In this document: positions 45,336 to 54,437 of the stretch, piece after piece
Layout of the letters: each line of letters opens with the position of its first letter
Numbering within the stretch: position 1 is the stretch's first letter
Source of the DNA: a virus
Taxonomy: Duplodnaviria > Caudoviricetes
Strand: one strand, 5' to 3'
DNA length: 55,514 bases
Virus record (IMG/VR): IMGVR_UViG_3300036766_001792
Span: 1 to 55,514 of that record
The notes under the pieces: model-generated
Databases searched by the model: none
What the model was told of the DNA's origin: nothing
The model's input: only the letters and a program-made list of their open reading frames with translations
Made by a program: the position numbers and the translations under genes

Positions 45336-45693
45336 CCATCGTTATGGCCTTGCTGTCCTGCGTCCAGTACAGCGTGCCGCCGAGGGCCCGCAGGGCGCGC
45401 TCCAGCTCCACGCGCTGGTCCAGGCTCGGCAGGTCGTCGAGGTATATCTGCATGTGCAGCGACTCACGCAACAGGCAGACGACTGTCAGCCACGTCGGCC
45501 CCTCGCTGACCGAGACCCGGAGCGTCTTGCCGTGGTAGACCTCGCTGCAGTGCTGCTCCCCCTTCCCCATGACGCATCGGCAGCCGATGCTCGCGCAGAG
45601 CAACAGCGCGCGACAGATCGCGTTCTGCACCTGCTCGAACGCGGCCTCCAGCGCCGGATAGCTGTTCTGGATCCAGACGTCGTAGTGTTGCAT
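45316..45693 (-). CDS. Hypothetical protein
   Basis: TGATG overlap; GGAGG RBS. Confidence 0.55.
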   Translation of the reverse strand: MQHYDVWIQNSYPALEAAFEQVQNAICRALLLCASIGCRCVMGKGEQHCSEVYHGKTLRVSVSEGPTWLTVVCLLRESLHMQIYLDDLPSLDQRVELERALRALGGTLYWTQDSKAITMGERLGR

Positions 45694-48275
45694 CAGCAGC
45701 CCCCCTCCATATACGCGCACGGGCACACCGTTACGCCCTCGTGCCGCAGCTCGAAGTGCAGATGATAGCCGTGCGAATGCCCCGTGTTGCCGCAGAGCCC
45801 GATCCCGTCGCCGCGCGTCACCTCGTCGCCGACGCCGACCATAAGCGAGCCGGCCTTCATATGGCCGTACTTCGTGACGTACTCGCCGAATGCCTTGTCC
45901 CTAATCTCGACCGTGTAGCCGTAACCCATCGCCGAGTCACCCCCCTGCGCCGGGTCGCTGCGCGGATCGAGCCCGGCGAACGTGACGTAGCCGTCGTGCG
46001 CCGCCATGATGGTCTCGCCGCCGGAGCCCGGGGTGCAGCTGATGTCAATTGCCGAGAGGCCCTCGTACGCCATGTGCCACGCGCAGTCGCCGGTGAGCGG
46101 CGCCTGCAGCGGCCAGGATAGCCAGAACGTCGGCAGCGGGAACGGTAGTGGGCCCATGGCCACCAGGCACTGCGTGAAGCGGGCGATCCACTGCCTCGAC
46201 AGCTCACCGCTATCCCCCCAGCCCGGGTGCCCGCTATCCCCCGCTACGGCCTTGTACAGCTCGAAACCGGTCAGCCCGTCCGCCTTGTTCGCGTCCCACG
46301 CCGGCTTCATGGACGCCATGGCGACGCTCGCGTTGGTCGCCGGGTCGAGCAGCTGGGCGCACGTCATGCCTGTGCCCTGGCCGCCGCACCTGTTGAGCAT
46401 GAACAGGCCGAACGAGCAGCAGCACGTCGCCGGGTGGTCGCTCTGTGCGCACGTCGCGCACTGCGTGCAGTCGAGCGCCGGGTTCGGGCAGCAGTCCCCC
46501 GCGGCGTCCGCGTAACCCGCCGACTCACGCACCATGACCGCAATGTAGAACGCCATCTCCTCCCAGTCCGCCGGCTGGCCGGCCTCCACCCAGACGAGGT
46601 TGAGGATGCCGTTGCACACCTCGTAGGTCCCATCCGGGCAGCTGAGCGTAGTCGTCTGCCCGCAGTCCCCGACCCCACCAGGACCCGGCGGGACGACCGG
46701 TCCCGGGCCTGGGCCAATCGGTATCGGCATGCAAGGCGAGACGAGCGCACCCATGGAAGGCACTATCGGGTGCAGCATGTCCGACGCGGCGCCTCCCGGC
46801 CCGGTAGGCGGGAGTATGGCCGATGCCGGCGCAACAATCAGCAAGAACCGCCCGCACTCGTTCATGGCCGAAAACCCGCCGTAGAAGGTAAGCTGAAAAG
46901 TATATCCGTCGGCGTCAGCCGCGCTGGGCGTCCCGTTCAGGCGGAGGACCTTGTGCGACAGCCCCGTAACCGGGTCGACGTAGTCCTCGAGCTCGTCCTC
47001 GACGCGCGTGCTGAAGCCCGCGCTGGCATTCAGCAGAATCGGGCTGGAGCCGACGTTGAGCCAGCCCGGGTAGAACGACGGAAAACTGTGATCCTCGTAC
47101 GATGCGCAAGGGCGCATGCCGTACAGAAATATCCACGCGGGCAGCCTGCCAAGCCGCCAGCTCTCGACCGCCAGGCGCGCCTCCCACGGCTGACCGGCGA
47201 CCAGCGCCGGTGCCTGCCCGAGGGACCACCAGACAAGCTCGCCTACCGGGCCCAGGAGGCATGGTCCACCCTCGTATATGTCCAGGTCCCAGAAGTCGAT
47301 CGGCGTGAGCGCCTCCCCGACAGCGGCGCAGAGGCCCTTGGACTCGATCGCGTCGAGGTCGTCGAACATGACCAGGCCGGCCGTCGGATGCCACGTGCAG
47401 TCGCGCCTGGCGCCCTGATCCGGCATGGTGACGTCGAAGCCGTTCACCACATACTGAACCATGCCCTTGAGCGCCTCCGCATCAGCAGAGGTCGCGCGGA
47501 GGTCGAAGACAAACTCCCCCCGGATCATGGTCTGGGTCCCGTAGACGGTCTTGTGCCAAAGCCAGGCCGTCGAGGTGTCCGATGTCCCGTTGGCCGGATC
47601 GACGCGGTGCGCGAGGTTGAGGACCGCATTGCAGAAGACATTATCCGTCGACGCCAGCACGCCGAAGCCATTGTGGCCAGGCATCAAGTTATTGTAGAGC
47701 CCTGACCAGTCAGCCAGCGGCTCGGCGGGTGTGACGAGGTAGATCGGACGCAGCCGACCCACCTGCGCGACGCGCGACGATGTTATCAGCGCCGACAGCG
47801 CGCGCGCCGACGCGGCGCGGGTGCCGAGCCAGGGGGAGAAATACATCTGCACGTTCAGGACGTCAGCCCACCGCGGCTCAATGGTCATATCGGCCATGTA
47901 GAAGTCGATCTTGGTCCCCAAGGGGTCAAGCAGCCTCATGATGCCAGCCCAGCTCGAGCCCTCGGTCATCGGCACCTCGTGGGCGCCCCTGCCGGCGTCG
48001 AACATGACGCCTACCTTCAGGCCGTAGCCGAGCAACTCGTCGAGCCCGCCGGCCAGCCCCAGCATGTGCTGCAGCCTCTGCCAGTCCGCGCCAGCCGGAT
48101 CCGGGAGCCACTCGGACAGCAGCTGGTCCTTGTCGTTCAGCTTGAACACGAGGCCGGTGAGCCCGCAAGCCTGCGCACGCCCGGCGTAGTCGGCTGCGGA
48201 CGCCGACAGCGCGGTCCGCACCAGCGCGTACTTGCCCGGCGTGACCCTGTCCTTGAGCACCGGCGCGTCTGGCAC
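45693..48275 (-). CDS. Large tail-associated multidomain cell-wall hydrolase (SLT + M23 peptidase)
   Basis: VRES...SFGLFMLN...LLDPATNA (SLT); H...AIDI, AAHDGYV, YGH, HLHFE (M23). Confidence 0.85.
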   Translation of the reverse strand: MPDAPVLKDRVTPGKYALVRTALSASAADYAGRAQACGLTGLVFKLNDKDQLLSEWLPDPAGADWQRLQHMLGLAGGLDELLGYGLKVGVMFDAGRGAHEVPMTEGSSWAGIMRLLDPLGTKIDFYMADMTIEPRWADVLNVQMYFSPWLGTRAASARALSALITSSRVAQVGRLRPIYLVTPAEPLADWSGLYNNLMPGHNGFGVLASTDNVFCNAVLNLAHRVDPANGTSDTSTAWLWHKTVYGTQTMIRGEFVFDLRATSADAEALKGMVQYVVNGFDVTMPDQGARRDCTWHPTAGLVMFDDLDAIESKGLCAAVGEALTPIDFWDLDIYEGGPCLLGPVGELVWWSLGQAPALVAGQPWEARLAVESWRLGRLPAWIFLYGMRPCASYEDHSFPSFYPGWLNVGSSPILLNASAGFSTRVEDELEDYVDPVTGLSHKVLRLNGTPSAADADGYTFQLTFYGGFSAMNECGRFLLIVAPASAILPPTGPGGAASDMLHPIVPSMGALVSPCMPIPIGPGPGPVVPPGPGGVGDCGQTTTLSCPDGTYEVCNGILNLVWVEAGQPADWEEMAFYIAVMVRESAGYADAAGDCCPNPALDCTQCATCAQSDHPATCCCSFGLFMLNRCGGQGTGMTCAQLLDPATNASVAMASMKPAWDANKADGLTGFELYKAVAGDSGHPGWGDSGELSRQWIARFTQCLVAMGPLPFPLPTFWLSWPLQAPLTGDCAWHMAYEGLSAIDISCTPGSGGETIMAAHDGYVTFAGLDPRSDPAQGGDSAMGYGYTVEIRDKAFGEYVTKYGHMKAGSLMVGVGDEVTRGDGIGLCGNTGHSHGYHLHFELRHEGVTVCPCAYMEGGC

Positions 48276-48279
48276 GGCC

Positions 48280-50211
48280 CTAGCCCTCTATGATCACGCG
48301 CAGCAGGCAGCCGCCGTCCGTGAGCCACCCGCACGAGAGACCCTCGTCGTACGTTACGTTGACGCTGTAGCGGATAGTGACGTCCGTCGCCGTCACCTCG
48401 GTCGGGTACCAGCCCGCCCACTGCCCGTCGGCCGGGCTGTACGTCAGACCCATCGTCATCGCGAGCTCGGTCCCCAGCACCGGGATCGGCCTGCCGAGCG
48501 CGTCGACGTTTCTGGAGTCCTGCGCGGCCTGCACGGAGATCTTCTTCGGTATGACCCCCTTGTTGTGCGTCCACCTGTGCGACCCGGTGCCGTCCGTCCG
48601 CCACCACCCGAGGTCCTTGAAGTTCCCCTTAGCCGCTATGAGCTGCTCCTGCCTGCGCACGCCCTTGATGACCTGCTCGCCGAACGACCTCATCGGGTTG
48701 CGCGCGAGCTGGAGCGTCATCTGGTTCGCCGGCCACGAGTACTTCCAGCTGTCGACGACGAAGCTCTTCTGTATCCCGAGGTGGTCTATCCGGACCGCGA
48801 CCAGCTGGCCGGGCACGATCGGGAAGCCCGCCAGGTTGCGGGGGAAGTACGGAATCACGACTGAGCCGGCCATGGCCCCGCGGTAGCGGGCCAGCGCCGG
48901 GTTCCCCGTGTAGAGGTTGGCGTACGCGCGGTCGCGGAGCGCCCTGGACGCATAGTTCTCCGAGGACGGTAGGAACTCGTGCGTCCAGTCCCCCGTAAGC
49001 GCCTCATCGTAGTCGACTATCTCGCGCCGCGACGCGTACAACCCGTTCGCCGGGTCCCATGTGTCCTCGGCCGACTGCAGCACGTTCCCGGTCCCCGAGC
49101 TCCCGGCCGGCGCCGGCGGCGTGTACTTCGCCTCGCCAGTCCCCACCACCCGGCTGCGGCTGAAGATGTCCGACCCGAGTTCCGGCATGCTGTAGCTGAT
49201 TATGGGGATGACCGCGAACTTGGTCCCGGCCAACTGCACGGTCCCGTACTGCAGGATTATGGCCGGGTCCCAGGCCTCGTCCCCGCGCTTGAAGTACATG
49301 GCCTGGTGGCCGCGGCGCTGGTTCACCGGCCCGCACGAAAGCGGGGCGGGGCCGATCGGCGGTGGCGCGGGCGGAGGTGGCCCGCATTGTGCGCCGCTGT
49401 AGTAGTCTATCTGGAACTCGCCGCCGATGCCGGCGTCAGGAAACGGCACCGCTGGCGGGGCAGGACCTATCGGCGGCGGTGGCGGCGTAATCCCCATGAC
49501 GACGTCGTACGCGTCTACGAGCGTCACCCCGGGCAGCCCGAGCCCCCACGGATCCTCGCGGGCCAGGTTCCTGATGGCGTCCAGGATCGTGTAGCCCGTC
49601 GCGTCCTCGTAGTTCACCTCTATCGGCTTCGAGCTGATCCAGCTGTACGGGTACGACACGAACAGGATGCCCTGCCTGTACTCGAGGATATTCTGGGCAA
49701 GCTGCGCGATGATGACGCTGCGCATCTCGCCCGGACCGTACGACACGCCGTCCGGGTCAAAGAGGCCGTTGTTGTTGCCGACCCAGTTCGGGACCCAGGG
49801 ATCCGTGCTCTGCCCGGCGCACGCGTAGAACGAGTCCCAGTTGTCGAAGCCGGTGTCGATGTGGTTGTCCGCCAGCGCGCCCAGGTAGTCCCGCCCCTTG
49901 ACCCGGTAGACGCGCCCATAGCGCGCGTCCTGCACCGGCTCGACGTCGTCCAGGCGCCCGACCATGATGATGTCCTTGTTCTGGTCCGTCGGGAGCGAAT
50001 TGTCGCGCAGCTGGAACCGCTGCCTCGCGTAGACCGTCTTGCCGCACAGCGAGAGATCCGGCGCCGCGAAGACGGCTTCCAGCGTGCCCGGCCTGGCGGG
50101 CCCGGTCCGCGTCGCCTCGAACTCGAGGAGGCCGCCGACCTGCGTCCAGGTCTCGGCGCCCAGCCCGGCGCCGTACCCGACCATATCGCTGAGTTCCAGT
50201 ACGTAGCCCAT
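48280..50211 (-). CDS. Minor tail / baseplate hub-like protein
   Basis: Follows the Dit-like gene; GRLDDVE..YRVKGRDY; PGQLV.V. Confidence 0.65.
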   Translation of the reverse strand: MGYVLELSDMVGYGAGLGAETWTQVGGLLEFEATRTGPARPGTLEAVFAAPDLSLCGKTVYARQRFQLRDNSLPTDQNKDIIMVGRLDDVEPVQDARYGRVYRVKGRDYLGALADNHIDTGFDNWDSFYACAGQSTDPWVPNWVGNNNGLFDPDGVSYGPGEMRSVIIAQLAQNILEYRQGILFVSYPYSWISSKPIEVNYEDATGYTILDAIRNLAREDPWGLGLPGVTLVDAYDVVMGITPPPPPIGPAPPAVPFPDAGIGGEFQIDYYSGAQCGPPPPAPPPIGPAPLSCGPVNQRRGHQAMYFKRGDEAWDPAIILQYGTVQLAGTKFAVIPIISYSMPELGSDIFSRSRVVGTGEAKYTPPAPAGSSGTGNVLQSAEDTWDPANGLYASRREIVDYDEALTGDWTHEFLPSSENYASRALRDRAYANLYTGNPALARYRGAMAGSVVIPYFPRNLAGFPIVPGQLVAVRIDHLGIQKSFVVDSWKYSWPANQMTLQLARNPMRSFGEQVIKGVRRQEQLIAAKGNFKDLGWWRTDGTGSHRWTHNKGVIPKKISVQAAQDSRNVDALGRPIPVLGTELAMTMGLTYSPADGQWAGWYPTEVTATDVTIRYSVNVTYDEGLSCGWLTDGGCLLRVIIEG

Positions 50212-50212
50212 G

Positions 50213-50719
50213 CTACCAGCTCGGCCCCTCCCAGGCCGGGTCCACCGACGGCGGCTGCACGATCTGGAACGTCAGCCTGTACGTCCAGTAAGTCTTGCCG
50301 CCCTCGCGCGTGAAGGTCGCCGACTGTATGATGCCCCCGTATATCCAGGTCCCGTGGCCCGGACCCTCCTTCACGAGGATCTTGTTCACGTTCGTCGATT
50401 GCGCGTCGCCGCACGTCACGTTCAGGTAACGCCACCACGTCCGCACGGCTGCCGCCAGCTCCTGGTGGTTGGGGCGGTCAGGCGCGTCGTCGTTGTCCTT
50501 GAGGACGCCGCTGAAGGTGATGGTCTCGGCCATCATCCCGAAGTCGAGGCCGAAGATCATGGGCTGCCCCGTCGTCCCGAAGTTCACGCCCGGGATCGGG
50601 AAGACGATCGGGTTGCGCGTGATGGTGTGCTGTACCGTGTCGACCGCGAGCGAGAAGCCCTCGACCTCCGACTTGCCCGTGTTCACGAGCTTGATGTAGA
50701 CCCCGTCTATGTCGGTCAC
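50213..50719 (-). CDS. Distal tail (Dit-like) protein
   Basis: Size, position and beta-rich ETITFSG...YRLTFQIV. Confidence 0.55.
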   Translation of the reverse strand: MTDIDGVYIKLVNTGKSEVEGFSLAVDTVQHTITRNPIVFPIPGVNFGTTGQPMIFGLDFGMMAETITFSGVLKDNDDAPDRPNHQELAAAVRTWWRYLNVTCGDAQSTNVNKILVKEGPGHGTWIYGGIIQSATFTREGGKTYWTYRLTFQIVQPPSVDPAWEGPSW

Positions 50720-50720
50720 G

Positions 50721-51248
50721 CTACTTCACCCCCTTATGCCGGCCGCAGACGCACCCGTCAACGCACTTACGTCCGTGCCTATATCCGGCCTTGGCTGTAA
50801 CCTGCCGCCGCTCGTCCGGACTCTTAGCCGCCCACCAAGCGGTTTTTCGGGCCGAGACTAACTGACGGTGTTCCAAAGTCTGATTCCGCTTCCGGCAAGT
50901 CTCAGCCGCAGCGTCCCGGACGGCCTGACCCTGCGTAGTTCGACGCCCGTCACCCCATCCCCAGCCGTGATAACCGGAATGACACCCATTATGCGCGGCC
51001 GCTTGATTCTCAGGGCTGTTATTATCATGATCCCCATCGATGTGATGCACGACCAACAACAGTTTCGTGCTTCTCGCGCCTTCTACCGTCCAAGGCGCTT
51101 CAACAGGTTCACCGCAAAAATGACACGGCCAGGGTCCTGGTCCGTGATAGGCGAAGAAGATCCACTTCCAACGGTTCTTTTCGCGAGCCGTTCGGTGATC
51201 CCGCGGACTGGCTGGAAGCTGATTCGATGCTCGTCGGTTGGTCCCCAC
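50721..51248 (-). CDS. HNH endonuclease
   Basis: CHFC..VHHIDGDHDNNSPEN...HNGCH..H; lower GC. Confidence 0.85.
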   Translation of the reverse strand: MGTNRRASNQLPASPRDHRTAREKNRWKWIFFAYHGPGPWPCHFCGEPVEAPWTVEGARSTKLLLVVHHIDGDHDNNSPENQAAAHNGCHSGYHGWGWGDGRRTTQGQAVRDAAAETCRKRNQTLEHRQLVSARKTAWWAAKSPDERRQVTAKAGYRHGRKCVDGCVCGRHKGVK

Positions 51249-51790
51249 TGGTCTAGCGCCTCCATGTGCCGTTTCGTACCGTAGCCCACGTTATCACACC
51301 ACAGGTATTCAGGAAACCTATCGTGCATCGGCCCGCGCATCAGCCGATCCCTGGCGTCCTTGGCGACGATGGACGCCGCCGACACGCCCCTGACCCTGGC
51401 GTCGCCCTTGACTACCGCCAGCCACGCGTGGCCCATCTGCGAGTTGCCGTCGACCACAACTGGGACCCTCTTGGCCTCCGGCGCACGCTCGTAGAGCCTC
51501 TCCAGCGCACGCTCCATGGCGAGCACCGTGGCTCGCGTGATGCCGAACTGGTCGATCTCCGCCGCGCTGGCCTGGCCGATGCCGAACGGCATGGCCTCGA
51601 CTATCCTCGCGCCCGTGCGCTCTATGGCCTTCCGCGTCAGGGTCTTCGAGTCCCGGATTCCGGAGCTCCATGGTAGCCCCTCGACGAGGGGATCGTACAG
51701 TACCGCGGCGGCCACAACCGGCCCCGCGAGCGAGCCGCGCCCGACCTCGTCGATGCCGACGAGCCTATCCGCGACCCATCTGGTATCCAA
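51083..51790 (-). CDS. rnhB: Ribonuclease HII
   Basis: GIDEVGRGSLAGPV, RDSK, VDG, KGD, AASIVAK..RD, GYGT..H, HRISF. Confidence 0.95.
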   Translation of the reverse strand: MDTRWVADRLVGIDEVGRGSLAGPVVAAAVLYDPLVEGLPWSSGIRDSKTLTRKAIERTGARIVEAMPFGIGQASAAEIDQFGITRATVLAMERALERLYERAPEAKRVPVVVDGNSQMGHAWLAVVKGDARVRGVSAASIVAKDARDRLMRGPMHDRFPEYLWCDNVGYGTKRHMEALDQWGPTDEHRISFQPVRGITERLAKRTVGSGSSSPITDQDPGRVIFAVNLLKRLGR

Positions 51791-52976
51791 GGTTCCTGTT
51801 CGCTTCCTCGATCATCTGCTTGGCGGCGCCCTCCGGGTCCTTCATGCCGCTGACGTCGACGTTCAGGTTCACGGTATTGCCCGAGTTCTCGACCTTCACA
51901 TCACCGCCCCCGCCGCCTCCGCCGCGGAACTCCTTGAACAACCCGCCTATTCCGGGGATATTGTGCATGGGCACGCCGGCCGTCTCTAGAAGGCTGCCGC
52001 CTATCCCGATGCCGCCGCCTATCGCCGCGCCCCAGGGTCCGAACATCCCGCCGATGCCTGCCCCGGTAAGTCCGGCCATAGCCATGTTCGACGCCCAACC
52101 CGGCGCCCCAAGCTTGTTCATGCCGAAGCCCGCCAGCTGCCCGGCCCCGATGCCAAGACCAGCGATGCCGAGCGGCCCGAGACCCATCATCCCAGGCATC
52201 ATCCCGCCACCTGCGCCCATGGTCGCCAGGCTCATCAGCCCCTTGCCTGCCCCCACGGCCGCACCACCTGCACCCCATCCCATGCCGAGCATGCCCATGC
52301 CCGGGACCACCGCGCTTAGGCCCTTGCCGATAACGACCGCGGCGGCGATCACCGCGAGGATCCGCAGCGCGTCCGCGGCGAAGCTGCCGAACCCGCCGAG
52401 GTGATTGTCAAGCCAGCCCGTCACGTCGGTGAACTTGTCGATGATCCACCCGCCCACGTCGCCGATGATGCGGAAGACGTCGCCCGTCCTCTCGACCACG
52501 TTCTTGACGAACGCCTCGATCTGCGGCGCATGGTCGTTGATCCACTTGGACATGTCCTTGGCCAGGCTCTGGCTCCACAGCAGCAGCTTCTGAAAGAGGC
52601 CGCTCTGGATCAGCGACTGCAAGATGGTCGTCATGAAGAGCATGCCGACGTTGAGGAACGGCGACAGCGCCGCCATGATGAGGTCGGCGAACGCGCCGAA
52701 GATGCGGCGGTAGGCGTCCACGTACGACCCGACGACCTGGCTGCTCCGGACCAGCTCGCTGATGCCGACCTTTATGATCTCCATCGCGGCGAGCGGCTTG
52801 AAGATGGACATGAACGACGGGTCCGGCCGAACCATCACGCCAGTCCCGCCACCGCCTGCAGGATGCCCACCGACCCCGCCGCCCGGCATGGCAACGCCGC
52901 CCGCAGCCATGACCCGCTGCAGGTCGGACGCGTCCAGCACCATCCGGAAGACTACTTCAGAGCTCCCGCTTACCAC
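51765..52976 (-). CDS. Tape measure protein (short)
   Basis: Helical and Gly/Ala-rich, PWGAAIGG, terminal TVNLNVD; downstream of the TAC. Confidence 0.65.
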   Translation of the reverse strand: MVSGSSEVVFRMVLDASDLQRVMAAGGVAMPGGGVGGHPAGGGGTGVMVRPDPSFMSIFKPLAAMEIIKVGISELVRSSQVVGSYVDAYRRIFGAFADLIMAALSPFLNVGMLFMTTILQSLIQSGLFQKLLLWSQSLAKDMSKWINDHAPQIEAFVKNVVERTGDVFRIIGDVGGWIIDKFTDVTGWLDNHLGGFGSFAADALRILAVIAAAVVIGKGLSAVVPGMGMLGMGWGAGGAAVGAGKGLMSLATMGAGGGMMPGMMGLGPLGIAGLGIGAGQLAGFGMNKLGAPGWASNMAMAGLTGAGIGGMFGPWGAAIGGGIGIGGSLLETAGVPMHNIPGIGGLFKEFRGGGGGGGDVKVENSGNTVNLNVDVSGMKDPEGAAKQMIEEANRNLGYQMGRG

Positions 52977-52977
52977 G

Positions 52978-53601
52978 CTACTTCCCCATGCCCTCAATCT
53001 TGTCTATCTTGTGCCAGAACCCTGGCCCCGGGTCACGTCCAACCGCGTAGTCGTTGAGCTCGCGCTCGCCGAAGCGTACGACCGTCAGGCCATAGTGCCC
53101 AGTCAGACACCCGTCCCTAATGCGGTCGCGCTGCTGAATCTCAGGCCGACTATGCCAGTAACTGCCGTCCGCCTCGACCGCCAACTTCAGGGCCGGCACA
53201 TAGGCGTCCACCAGGTACGTGTACCACGGGTGCTCGTCCAGCACCTCGTACCCCGGCAGGAGCGCCGGGAGCAGCGCCTCGCGGAGGATGCACTCGATTC
53301 CCGTTGGCCCTGACCGGTGGCGCGCAAGCCGGGTAGTTCGCGCTATATTTGCAATGACCTTCGGACTTGCCCTCATGGAAGCCCGGTGCTCCAGAGACTT
53401 TGGTCTCCCCGTCATGGTCGCGCTTGTAGCCGCATTATGCTCCGACGAGTGAGGTTTGCCAAGCAAACTAGCGCTAATGGCGGCGCCCGTCCGCGCGCGC
53501 CAGTCTGGATCCTGCCAGAACGCGAGCATGACCGCGCGATGCTTGGCCAAACACTCCGGGTCCTGCCAACCCCGCCTTGCGCCTGCACTTGTGCCACTCA
53601 T
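52978..53601 (-). CDS. NUMOD3-repeat + DUF559 endonuclease
   Basis: GKPHSSEH and GRPKSLEHR repeats; VDAYV..AVEADGSYWH..DRIRD..VVRF. Confidence 0.85.
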   Translation of the reverse strand: MSGTSAGARRGWQDPECLAKHRAVMLAFWQDPDWRARTGAAISASLLGKPHSSEHNAATSATMTGRPKSLEHRASMRASPKVIANIARTTRLARHRSGPTGIECILREALLPALLPGYEVLDEHPWYTYLVDAYVPALKLAVEADGSYWHSRPEIQQRDRIRDGCLTGHYGLTVVRFGERELNDYAVGRDPGPGFWHKIDKIEGMGK

Positions 53602-53605
53602 GTTC

Positions 53606-53815
53606 CTATCCCCCGAGTACCGCCTCCCGCTCGAGCTCGCGCTCCGTGAGCGCTATCGCGTAGTACTCAAGCAGACGGACCTCGTCGACTGCCGCGAGCA
53701 CCTCCCATGGGAGGCCGGCCTTCAAGAGGGTGAACTCGACGTGGGCCCGCACGAGGTCCTCGTCGCTACGCTCCTGCGTCCGCACCCCGCGGAGGAGCCC
53801 GCTTACCCTTTTTTT
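53606..53815 (-). CDS. Frameshifted extension of tail assembly chaperone (gpGT-like, -1 frame)
   Basis: Open -1 frame KKRVSGLLRG...LKAGLPWEVL...EAVLGG after the A7 run; no ATG of its own. Confidence 0.8.
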   Translation of the reverse strand, partial: KKRVSGLLRGVRTQERSDEDLVRAHVEFTLLKAGLPWEVLAAVDEVRLLEYYAIALTERELEREAVLGG

Positions 53816-54210
53816 ATGGCGGCCGCCTTCGCCGGGACCGTGAACGGGTCCGGTATGATCGTGTCGAACTGCTCACCGATCTCGGGCGACATGTTCTCGA
53901 GGACCTTGTCGTCCAGCGGAATCGGCGGGTCCACGAGCATCGCCCGCAGCGCGACCACCTTGTAGATGTCGAGGTGGAAGATCGTGCTGACCTCGTACTC
54001 CCCGCTGTCCCCCTTCTGCCTGGCCGCGAACTCCGACGCCGCGGAGACGGCCCTGGACTTCGCCAGCCACCCGAGTGGCCTGTAGCGGAATACCAGCGGC
54101 TCCTCGTCAGGGTCATCGGTGATCCTGATCTCGAGCTCCTTCGTCAGCTGGCCGGCCTCTAGGACCGCCAGCGTCGCCGCTATCCTATCCTTCTTCGTTG
54201 TGGGCACCAC
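53803..54210 (-). CDS. Tail assembly chaperone (gpG-like)
   Basis: Between tail tube and TMP; ends ATA AAA AAA GGG TAA. Confidence 0.8.
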   Translation of the reverse strand: MVPTTKKDRIAATLAVLEAGQLTKELEIRITDDPDEEPLVFRYRPLGWLAKSRAVSAASEFAARQKGDSGEYEVSTIFHLDIYKVVALRAMLVDPPIPLDDKVLENMSPEIGEQFDTIIPDPFTVPAKAAAIKKG

Positions 54211-54281
54211 GTGCCTCCTTTCCCCCGCGCCTACGGAGTGCGCCGGGACTTACCTACACTTGTCGGAATGCGCAGGTGATT

Positions 54282-54425
54282 CTACCCGCGCGGTCGGGCC
54301 CTCCACCCGCCCTCCTGCTTCTGCGCCGGGCAGAGCCGCTCAGGCTGGTAGTAGGGCTCCCTGTCGGGTTCCTGCCCGGGCGCCAGCGTGGGCGTCCGCG
54401 TTGGTGTCAATGTCGGCGTCGGCAT
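54282..54425 (-). CDS. Small Pro/Thr-rich ORF in frame with the tail tube gene
   Basis: GGGGAGG RBS; MPTPTLTPTRTPTLAPGQEP... Confidence 0.45.
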   Translation of the reverse strand: MPTPTLTPTRTPTLAPGQEPDREPYYQPERLCPAQKQEGGWRARPRG

Positions 54426-54437
54426 GTCGCCTCCCCG

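Noticed and set aside
10702-47705. Long plus-strand ORFs (e.g. 10702-12789, 14153-16072, 33139-35496, 46227-47705)
   Set aside because: Antisense shadows of GC-rich minus-strand genes, with no motifs or RBS.
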